This document shows positions 10,296-20,100 of a stretch of DNA of 64,000 nt, piece by piece. The notes beneath the pieces are model-generated. The model had not been told where the DNA came from. It saw only the letters and a program-made list of their open reading frames with translations, and made no database searches. The stretch is taken from positions 1 to 64,000 of the IMG/VR virus record IMGVR_UViG_3300046516_001816; one strand, given 5' to 3'. Numbering within the stretch: position 1 is the first letter of the stretch; each line of letters opens with the position of its first letter. Both the position numbers and the translations under genes were made by a program.

Positions 10296-11852
10296 ATGCC
10301 ATCCAACATTATTGCAAGACCCACATTTCAGACGGGACCTCGGGATAACCTGATTACCGTCGACGTCTTCACCGGCACCTCCGGGGGGATTGTCAATTCG
10401 ATTAAAGCGCTTTCGCAAAAGTACGATGTCGATTTGATCGGCATGTTGCGCGCGGGGGCAGCTGTCGCCCAAGCGATTCCCGTGATTGAAGGGATTGCGC
10501 ACGGCAAACTGTTGATGAATCCGCAAGCGGCGATTGCACGGCTACTCACCGCCTCCAACACCTTGGTCGGGGCCCTGGGGGGTCCGATCAATGCCCTGAA
10601 CAGTACCTTCAGTGCGCTCTCGGCCGACGTACAAGCTGGCATTGCTGCGGCCGGTCAAGTGGTCGGGGAAGTGGAAGTGGCCATTGGCGGGGTGGTCTCC
10701 AGTGTGGTCAATGGTGCCATTGGTGACATCCAGGCGCTGGGCGGACTGATCAACCAGTTCGCGGGCGGCAATGGTTTTCTGATGGTGGACGTGCAGGCAC
10801 TCGGAGGCTTTGCCGCCGGCGTGATTAACGAATGTGCCCGCTACGGGATCTCGGGTGCGTTTGCCCAGATGACCAAGAACATCACCGACCCGCGCGTGCT
10901 CAATGCCATCATTGGGTCGACCCTGCCCAACCTGATTTCGGCCTCCGATATTGGAGGCTTGCAGGCGCTGGCCAACGTCGCCAACGTCGTGGGTATTGGC
11001 GCGATCAATCCGCGGATGTTGCCGCAGTTCACCCGGGCGTATGTTCGGATTGGCTCAGGCAGTGTTCAACAGGCCACCCCGTACCAGGACAGTCAGAACT
11101 GGAACGACATGATGGACTGTTACGACACGGCGCAACCGGACTGGAACGTAGCCAGTCGGGCAGGCGACGATCCGAGCGATCCGACCTTGGATATCACCGC
11201 GCTGCAAAACGGCACGGAAGATTTCAATGCGGCGCTCTCGGCAGGGGTGTACAACAACTCGGCCTCGGCGAGCCCGGACGACAATACGCATTTCTATGCG
11301 CTCGCGCCGCTCTATGAGGACACGGACGTCAATCAGCAAATGAAGGACGCCTATCCGAATAGCTATATCGATCCCGCGCTGCGCTCCACCGATCAAGTTA
11401 TCGATCCGCGGCAAGTGCAAAACGATACCACCCCCGCAGTGGATGCGTCCACCAGTGAGACAGCGTATCAGCCGTCGACCAGTGTGACGAATCAAATACC
11501 GGTCAAGCGGGCAGACGGCACCATCAACTCGGCCCAAAAAGCCAAGGAGATGGCCATGGGGTATAACAGCGGAGCGCTCGTGTTTGACGACAATGAAGCA
11601 CCGCAGAACTCCACTGCTACGAATGATTCGGTGGCTGATACGCCCTCGCCCGTCACGTTCTCGCGTAACGGCAAGACGTATATGACCATTACCGGGGGTC
11701 AGGATCGGGGCACGTATCAGATCGAGCCCAACACTACCGGTCAGCAGGCGCAGGCTAATTCGATTAACTGGGGTCAGGGGTATTGGCACAGCGACGAGAA
11801 GTATCTGTACAATCCCGTCGATGCGACCACCTTGCAACCGGTTAAGAACTAA
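10296..11852 (+). CDS. Putative virion structural protein (gp139-like)
   Basis: AGGAG upstream; N-terminal PTFQTGPRDNLITVDVF; Ala/Gly-rich. Confidence 0.6.
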   Translation: MPSNIIARPTFQTGPRDNLITVDVFTGTSGGIVNSIKALSQKYDVDLIGMLRAGAAVAQAIPVIEGIAHGKLLMNPQAAIARLLTASNTLVGALGGPINALNSTFSALSADVQAGIAAAGQVVGEVEVAIGGVVSSVVNGAIGDIQALGGLINQFAGGNGFLMVDVQALGGFAAGVINECARYGISGAFAQMTKNITDPRVLNAIIGSTLPNLISASDIGGLQALANVANVVGIGAINPRMLPQFTRAYVRIGSGSVQQATPYQDSQNWNDMMDCYDTAQPDWNVASRAGDDPSDPTLDITALQNGTEDFNAALSAGVYNNSASASPDDNTHFYALAPLYEDTDVNQQMKDAYPNSYIDPALRSTDQVIDPRQVQNDTTPAVDASTSETAYQPSTSVTNQIPVKRADGTINSAQKAKEMAMGYNSGALVFDDNEAPQNSTATNDSVADTPSPVTFSRNGKTYMTITGGQDRGTYQIEPNTTGQQAQANSINWGQGYWHSDEKYLYNPVDATTLQPVKN

Positions 11853-11868
11853 GCGCTGCATCACCTCA

Positions 11869-11918
11869 CGGCATAAAGGCCCGGGCGCTGGCCCGGGCTT
11901 CTATGCTGTCTTTCTTTT
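11869..11918. terminator. Bidirectional hairpin with CGGCATAA / CTATGCTG flanks
   Basis: GCCCGGG stem between convergent genes. Confidence 0.75.
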
Positions 11919-14072
11919 TTAGTTGTTCGGCACGCCTTGGAAATACATCTTGATAAAGCGTGACGGCAACGCATCGCCCATGAAGGAGGCAAAGTGGGAC
12001 GGCGTCAACCAGCTGCGCCACTGTTGCATCTGCATGGTGAGGTTGAGTTTGAAACGACGGAACGAGTAGATCTGATCCGCAAGCCCGAGCCCGCCCAGCA
12101 CCGCCATGTAATCGGCAAATGGCGTGTCGCCATCAAAGAGCCCGTTCAGTGAGGTGACGGCATTCACGGCGGCATCGCCGACCGCCCCCACCGCGGAGAG
12201 TGCTGCACCCCCCGTCTCCGACTGACTGACGACGTTGTCCTTGACGCCCCCATTCACGTCCGAGGTGCCCGCAGCGTCATTGACCAACCCACTCACGGCT
12301 CCCGTGACCGCTCCGCCTGCCATGCCCAACGCGCCCAAGAACGACGACGCAGCACTGGTCATGCCTTGGGTAATCGGCAGATACACCAGGTTCGAAAGAT
12401 CAAGCACCGTGAAGGTCACATCAATGGCCATGGCGTTGCCATCGTCATCGAAAGGCAGGTTGGCTGTGCCCCGTTGCACCGAGAGACTGTCAATCATGCC
12501 GAGGCGAATCTGGCAGCGACCCCGGTCATAGAGCTCACAGATAAACGGTGAGTTATACGACTGCGGACCCGTGGCCAAGGGCAGCGCGCCGGCGAGCAAC
12601 ATCGCGAGCGGCACGTACAGATTCGTGAGCTGCGAGATCGGGTTGCCGTACGGGCTCACCAGATTGATAGTGTACGACGAGCGCGAGAGTTGCGCGGTGG
12701 CTGACGCCCAGTGTTTGGGAATATCCACAAACGCCGAGCCACCGAGGGCAGCCAGCCCCGACATCCCAAAGCCATCCGCCACCCCCGAGATCAAGTCCTT
12801 CATGCCGTCGAGTGCGTGCCCCACGACCTTACCCATAAAGCCATCACTGATGTCGCCATCTTCGATGTCAAAACGGGTGGACCGTGATTGACTGGCCATG
12901 CTGTTGATCTTGCTGGCGAGGGCCGAGTCTTCCGCGCCGTTACCAAAGGTGTCGGTAACCGCACCCGTGGCATTGACCCGGAACGACACGAAGGCCCCGC
13001 CCTCATCCAACTCAGACTGATAAAACGCCCCCAAGCTATTGAGGTTCGGTCCATTGGTGTCAATCGCTTCGGTGCCTGCGGAGTTATTGCTGTCGTTGGA
13101 GATCAGCTCATTGGCACTCGCCACCTGAGAGGCCGGCACACTGAACCAGTTCTTCAGATAGACCAAGAAGTCGGTCTTGTTGGTATCCTGCAAGGTGGAG
13201 GCCGGACCAAACACACTTTGCAACCCCTTCTGAAGATTGGCTGACGCATTGTCGCTAAAGACCTGCGAGTACAGCTGCATCTGCTTGCGCTCGAGGCGCT
13301 TGGCACGGTTGGCCAATGCATACACGTCCACCCCACCGCCAGCAAAGAAGATATCCGGCAACAAGTCATGCATCTTCTGCAACCCGCTCTTATCGAACTG
13401 GTAGCTGTCCGCAATGCTGTTGGTATTGACCGAGGAGACGTCCGGGTCACCGCCCACCGGGTCATCGTAGTTGCTACCCGACAGCGCACGCGGCACAATG
13501 CCTCGGTTCACAGCGATCTGGTTGACGATGGTTTGCACCACCTGCCAATACACCGGCATCGTGGGCTTGAGGTAGTAGTACTTGGTCGAGGGCTTGCCCG
13601 CAAAGAACTTAAACGCCATGCCTGCCAAGTGAATGGCCAGCAGCTTCCAGCTCATTACCGAGACGACAAAGCCCACCGCGCGACCGATGTTGTACAGCAA
13701 GCCGGTGGCGTCGCGCCCCGTGCGCGCCAACACGCCGGCGCCCGTGTTATAGAAGTGCGTGAAGAACTGCGTCATCGAGTTAAACTGCGGCACCCCAAAA
13801 CGCAGATGGATGATCTGATTGTGATCGTCGATCGCTTCGGAGTAATACACGCCCATGCTCTTACCACCCTGAAAGCGCGTGCTGGCTTTGGGGTCGGCAT
13901 AGCGTGTGAACTGCGGGGGCGGGTTGATACAATGATTCCCACCCGGTGTGGTATCCGTGTACTTCAAAGACGCGCTGGTGAAAAAGCGATTCGCTTTGTC
14001 AATCGCCTCCAAGTCAGTCGAATTCAACAGAAAGGACTGCTTCATCCAGCTTGTGTTAGTTGCAGTAGCCAT
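11919..14072 (-). CDS. Virion baseplate/tail-associated protein (gp182-like)
   Basis: AAGGAGG upstream; motifs KYTDTTPGGN..INPPPQFTRYAD, MG.YYSEAIDD, SPYGNP; lies downstream of the giant tail protein. Confidence 0.75.
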   Translation of the reverse strand: MATATNTSWMKQSFLLNSTDLEAIDKANRFFTSASLKYTDTTPGGNHCINPPPQFTRYADPKASTRFQGGKSMGVYYSEAIDDHNQIIHLRFGVPQFNSMTQFFTHFYNTGAGVLARTGRDATGLLYNIGRAVGFVVSVMSWKLLAIHLAGMAFKFFAGKPSTKYYYLKPTMPVYWQVVQTIVNQIAVNRGIVPRALSGSNYDDPVGGDPDVSSVNTNSIADSYQFDKSGLQKMHDLLPDIFFAGGGVDVYALANRAKRLERKQMQLYSQVFSDNASANLQKGLQSVFGPASTLQDTNKTDFLVYLKNWFSVPASQVASANELISNDSNNSAGTEAIDTNGPNLNSLGAFYQSELDEGGAFVSFRVNATGAVTDTFGNGAEDSALASKINSMASQSRSTRFDIEDGDISDGFMGKVVGHALDGMKDLISGVADGFGMSGLAALGGSAFVDIPKHWASATAQLSRSSYTINLVSPYGNPISQLTNLYVPLAMLLAGALPLATGPQSYNSPFICELYDRGRCQIRLGMIDSLSVQRGTANLPFDDDGNAMAIDVTFTVLDLSNLVYLPITQGMTSAASSFLGALGMAGGAVTGAVSGLVNDAAGTSDVNGGVKDNVVSQSETGGAALSAVGAVGDAAVNAVTSLNGLFDGDTPFADYMAVLGGLGLADQIYSFRRFKLNLTMQMQQWRSWLTPSHFASFMGDALPSRFIKMYFQGVPNN

Positions 14073-14147
14073 GGGCTACCTCCTTGATTGTCACCGCAAA
14101 ATAAAAGGCAGGCAGGAGCCGAAGCCCCCACCTGCCTCACTACATCA

Positions 14148-17100
14148 TTAAACCATCTTGCTCATGGAGACAGGTGGCTTTACCATCTGCTGCATTTGCG
14201 GTTGCGGCTTGCTACTCACATTCGGATTCGGTGCTTGTGACGACTCGTCCGAGGCGGGTTGCCCTTTCTGAATGTCCGCCAGCATCGCGTAGATGTTCTT
14301 GAGGACATCACGGGATTCAGTCTGAATACCCAACTGCTTATTCAGTACATCCCCCACGTTGCCCATCACGGCCATCTTATCCTCATGCTGCGCTTGCTGC
14401 ACCGCGGCGATCTGCTGCGCGGGTGAACGACGCACCGCTTGCGCGGAGCCCAAACCAAAACCAAACGGATTGTTATCCGGTGCACTGCCGCTATTCTGGC
14501 CGTACATCTTGGTCTTGCCAGCTGCGCCCTCTGACGATCCGCTGTCAGCCGGTGCGGCATTGGTTTGCACCGCAGGCGTCGGTGTGCCCGTAGCAGCGGG
14601 ACTGGGTGCGGCCCCTGACGGTGCGTTGCCGGCAGCGGCAGAAGACTTCGCCACGGCGGCCTTTTGAGCATCCGTGAGCTCCGGGGTCGCCTTGTTCTTA
14701 CCCTGGAAGAACTTGTCATCGCTCTTGCTGTCCGCACCGGCCAGACCCGCATTGCCATGACCCGCATCGTTCTTGCTCGATACGGTGGTGACCCCCGTTG
14801 CCCCGGCGTCCGGCTTACCGTCCTTACCGTCAGCTGCCCCGTCCGCATTCAGCTTCCCAGCCTTCGCGTCCGCCAGATACTTCTGGAACTTCGACTGACG
14901 ATCATCCAAGCCGTTGAGTCCGCCGTTCACTGCATAGGTGACGTTCTTCACATCGCCCGCTTGTGCCGCGGAGCTCGACACCCGATCCTTCCAGTACGCC
15001 ACCGCCAACTGCGCGGCCACCTTCGGATCCGACGCCAGGTCCGGATTGTTGAGCAGATCCACCCCGATCATCTTGCCGTAACGGGCGTAGTTTGCCTTAC
15101 CCGTCAACTGCACGACGCCACGGCCTCGGTACTTAAAGCCATCACCCGGATCGGTGTTGCCCATCTTGCGGCCAAACTTCCCACCGTAGATCACGTTCGC
15201 AATGGCTTCTGCGCCTTGACCGGCCAGATCGTTCGAGCTTACGCCTGCTTCGCGCAGACGCGGACCGAAGAGCTTATCCAGCACCGACGGTTTGTAGTTC
15301 AGATTTTCCGAGAGCGACTTAAAACCACCGCTCTCATGGTCCATCTGCGCCATAAACATCGCCTGCTCGGTTGGGTTGGTAATGCCGGCTTTCGCCAACG
15401 CTGCCATCACCGCATCCTTCACCTGCTTGGCGCTGCCCGTGACGGCCTTGTAGGCTTTACCCAGCGTCGCCCCAAAACCCTTCATCGAGTCACCGACGCC
15501 GGAGACGACGGCCTTGCCCTTGTCGTAAGCATTGCCCAACGCGGTCTTCGCCTTGTTATAGACGTTGCTCACGGCGGTCTTTGCCCCATTCCAGGCATTG
15601 CCCAGCGTCTCTTTCATCGAGTCCAAGAAGCTCTTCCCGTTGGTCTGCTCCTTGCGCTGATCGGTCCAGCCCTTACCCCCGTCACCCGCTTCCACGGACT
15701 TCGGCTTCTTCTCGGTTTTCGTCTTGTCCGTCACGCCGTCATTAAGCGTCTTGGCCGAGACCTTGTCGTTCAGGAAGTCCATGATCTGTTCCACCGACTT
15801 TTGGTCCGTGTTCAGTTCATAGTTCTGCCACGGACTGTCCGTGATCTCCCAGACCGACTTGCCCTCAGGCGACTTCGACGCCACAATCAGCGGCGCCAAC
15901 TTCGCAGCGACCATCGGCTCCATCATGGTCTGATGGATATCCTTCTTGCCCGTGGCCTTCATGAGCGAACCCACGTAGGTCAGGTAAGTCGGCAAGAAGC
16001 GCCGCATGAACCACGCCACCCAGCGATAGGCGACCGTGTTATGCGTGCCGGAGACCCCGAAGCTCGCGCCCACTTGCTTGAGCACGTCATGCGGATCCCC
16101 AGTGAAGCGACACTGATAGTCGTTCAGCTTCTTATCCACGGCGATCAAGGGCAGGCAGACCTCTTCCAGCGTCTTCAAGGTGGTGACCTTATCCTGCTCG
16201 AGCGCCTTCAACCCGTAGGTCCGGAACCGCAGCGAGGACAGGGCGTCCACCTTGTTCTCGATCTTGGTAAGCGTCGGGCTGATCCCCACCGAAGCGGTCG
16301 TCTTCCCCGTCTTCTTCGGATCGTCCTTCTTCTTATCAAAGAGCCCACCCAGCCAATGCAAGCCCATGGCCGCCCAGCCCACGGGCGTGTACTTCAGGAA
16401 CTTGCCATACCCACGGGCGAGTTTCTCCATCGTGGTTTGTGGCTTGACCTTGCCGTCCTTATCCTTAGCCGGTTCACGACCGAGGATACCATCCATGATG
16501 CTCGAGCCCAGCTTCTTGATCGTCCCCTTAAGGTCCGATTCCTTCTCGATGGTTTTACGGGCTTCGGCCACCAACGCCGCAACTTCTTTGCGACCTGCCT
16601 TCAGGCCATCCTTGCCGTGGATAAAGAACACGTGCCAGGTATGCCAGGGTGATTCGTCAAAGCCGTAGGGACCGGCAGGATTCGCAATTGCTGACAGGAA
16701 CTTGAGTTTCAGTTCCTTATCCATCTTGTCAACGTTCTTCAGGCTCGCCTTGGGATCGACGCCATGCAGCGCCGTCATCGTGGTCAAGAACACCGGCTTA
16801 AAGCGCAGCGAGAACCATTGCAACCAGCTGCGCAGGTCCTGCTTATTGTTCTTGTCCACGCCAAACGGACCAAACGCTTCATCGGCACTGAATTTCTTCT
16901 TGTCGAGCTGCGCTTTGCCGTTCTCGTCGTAGATCACGTGCTTGAGCATGCTTTCTTCAAACTCACGCAAGTCGTTGACCTTTTCCCAGTCATCAGGCAT
17001 CACACCGTACTGCGCCATCCGTACGGCCTCCAGCGGGAGCACCTTCTTGCTCATCGCATGCTTGATGCCCTTGTAGCTGGCCCGAAGCCCCAAGCCCGCC

Positions 17101-20100
17101 ACGGTTACTGCCGCTGCCCCCAGGACCACCGGGGACGCAATAATCCCAGCGACTGCCGTGGCCGCCATGCCTAAGCCTGCGGCCAGGACGGACCCCAGAC
17201 CCAACTCCAGACCGAGGCCTGCAATCGTGCCTTCGGCGCCTGCGGCCAGCGCGCCGGTGCCGGCGGCAGCAGCCCCTGACCCCGCTGCGGTCGTGGCCGC
17301 CCCTGCGGCGGCTTCAATGCCCGTGGTCGCTGCGGCCCGCGTCGCGACCTGAGCTGCCGTGCGTCCTGCAAATTTCCCGAAGAGCTTCTTGCCTGCCAAC
17401 TTGGCCGCTTGCGTGCCGGCGTAGTCCGTGACGGCATCCTTCCCCGCCTTGATTGCAGCATGACCCTTGTCCTTGGCTTTCGCGAGTTCCTCCGCATCTT
17501 CCAACAAGGTGGCCAGCGCGCCGAGCTTACCCAGTCCCTTCTTCTTGGCAAGCTTCTCAAGTGCTTTCTTGCCGAGCGTCTTGGACTTCTTGGAAGCCAG
17601 GTCTTTACCCTTCTCCCACGCATAGCCCTGGAGCGCGTCTTCGCCCTTGTCGATGGCTTGGTCCTTGATCTTTTCAAACCAGGACTTGTTCTTCTCTTTG
17701 TTCTCCTTATCCTTGTCTGCTTGGTCCTTCGCGTCTTGCTTCTTGAAGTGACCGAAGAGTCCCTTGATCCCGGCGCCAATGGAGCTCATGGTGCCAAAGA
17801 GACCCGAGCCGCCCGGATTGACACCCGAGGCTGCTTGCGCGTCCTTCTTCTCGCCCTTGAGCTTATCTTCCAGGTCTTGCCACGAACCCTTACGCTTAGG
17901 CTTGGGCAGTCGGTCTTCCAACAGATCCCGAATCTCGGTGAGACGCGTGATCATCGTCTTCGAACCCGAGAAGACAATACCGTCCTTACCGAACCAGTTA
18001 AAGAAGAACTGACCGATCGCCTCGAACGGTTTCTTGATCAGGTTGGCGGCAAACGACAGACCATCATTGACCAGTCCCTTAATCTTCAGGAACGGCTTCT
18101 TGATGGTGTCCATCACCTTCTGACCCGCGGTGCGCACCGGCTTACCCTGCCAGTCGTAGAGCCCGCCTGCCAAGTCTTCGCGCGTCAATGCCAGACGCGG
18201 GTTCTTGGGCATCGACTGATCCATAATCGGACCATCAATCTGACCCGGCCGGAACACAGGCTTACCGGTGAGCGTCGAGATATAGCCACCGGCTTTCATC
18301 GTGCGTGCCAGCAAGACCGGTTCGGACTTGCCCTTCACGTAGATGTCAATCGGCTGGTCGAGGAAGTGGACCGCGAGGTCCACGGTCTTCTTGCCCCAGT
18401 CAATCGCCTTCGGGATATAGTCAAACACCGAGCCGGAGTTGTTCCACCACTCCAGCCCCATCTTCGCAAACTTACCCAGCTTCGCGCCAAGCGCCGTGAT
18501 CAGCTTCTTGCCGCCACCGATGGTATACGCGTACTTGATGTCCTTGAGCGAGAGCACCAGGTTGTTGTTGTCGTAGATGTCTTCAATATCACCCTTGATG
18601 TCCTTGTAGGAATGGATGATATCGCCCGTCACGCGATCACGGTAATGACCCGCGCGGAGTTTCCACGCCAGCAACGCCGGTTCCTTCAAGCCCGGGATAT
18701 AGATGTCGTCCCAGCGATCGGCGAGGTTCAGCGCCTTTTGCTTACCCGAAGCGAAGAGCTTACCGGCTTGGTCGCGAATGGCCTTCGACTTCTGCCAGCC
18801 TTCCTTACCCTTATCCCACGCCCGACCCGGCAAACCGGTGACCCAGTTCTTGGCGTTCTTCACACCCTGCCAGGCACCCGACAGCGCATCGCCCACGGTC
18901 ATCTGGTACAAGCCCTTGATCTTGCTGCCCGCTTGACCCGCGCCCCCCTTCAGGCGCGACATCAGATCTTCCCCGCTGATCTGATAGTTGTTGATGGTCA
19001 TGCCGTCGCCACCGTCAAACTTCTTGCGGATCGCCGTGAGCTGCTCCAGCATTTGCTCAGCGACACTCAGACTGCTGTTGGCTTCGATCGCATGGATGAT
19101 GGCGTCTTGACCCGCGAAGTGGACTTCGCTCGCCCCGTACCCCATGCTCTCCACCAGGTGGTGGTTCTTGACGGGGCTGACCTTGCGACGACGCTGGTAA
19201 CTCGCCAGGCGCTTCTTGGCGTGACGTTCGGCCTTGTTCTGTTGCGCTTGTTGCAGATGCGTTAACGACGGCGAGGCTTGCACGCCGGACGCCCCCTTTA
19301 CGCGACCGTAGCCCCGTGCCCCACCCATCGCGACACTGAGGCGCTTCTCGGCTTCATTGACGATATGGTTGACCACACTGTTGATGTGGTTGTGGATCTC
19401 GTGGTTATACTGATCGTGCGAGTCGTGTGCCGTGTTGTAGCTACGGTTGTCGTTGCGCGTGCTGTTCGACGTCCGGTTGTGGGTGGTCGAACGGTTATCC
19501 ACCTTGGCCGTGATATTGCCCTGGCGATCGACGTAGTACGTGTCGCCCCCGTAGGTCACCGTTTGACGATGATCGTGGTTCGTCTTCGAGACGCGCTTGC
19601 CGCCCTTGATATTGGTCACCACCGAGCCCAGGCCCGAGTGCACCGCGGACTTCACGCGCTGACCAATGCCGCGACCCCGACCGTGGGTGATATGGTGACC
19701 CCCTGGTGCATGGACATTGCCGGCAAAGCCATGCATGCCCAAACCGCCTGCTGCATGGAGGGCTTGCGGATCGTAGCTACCGTCATCGAACAGATTCTGG
19801 AAGCGCTTCAGGTTGATAAAGTTGCCCGTCTTATCGAGCAGCCCCATCTCGTTGACATAGTCCCCGTAACCCGAATTCATCAGCGTCTGAATATCCGAGC
19901 GTCCATCTGGCATGCTGTAGGACAGATCGGTCATCAACTTCTGAAAGCGCATCTTGCGCGAACCGTCTTGGTCGCCCTTGAAGTAATCGCGGAACAACTG
20001 CGACATCTCCGGGCCTTGCATGTAGTGCTCGCGGTTAAAATACGTCTGGGGGGCACCCAGGCGCTCCGGCGAACCAATGCGACGATTCAGGTTGTCTTCG

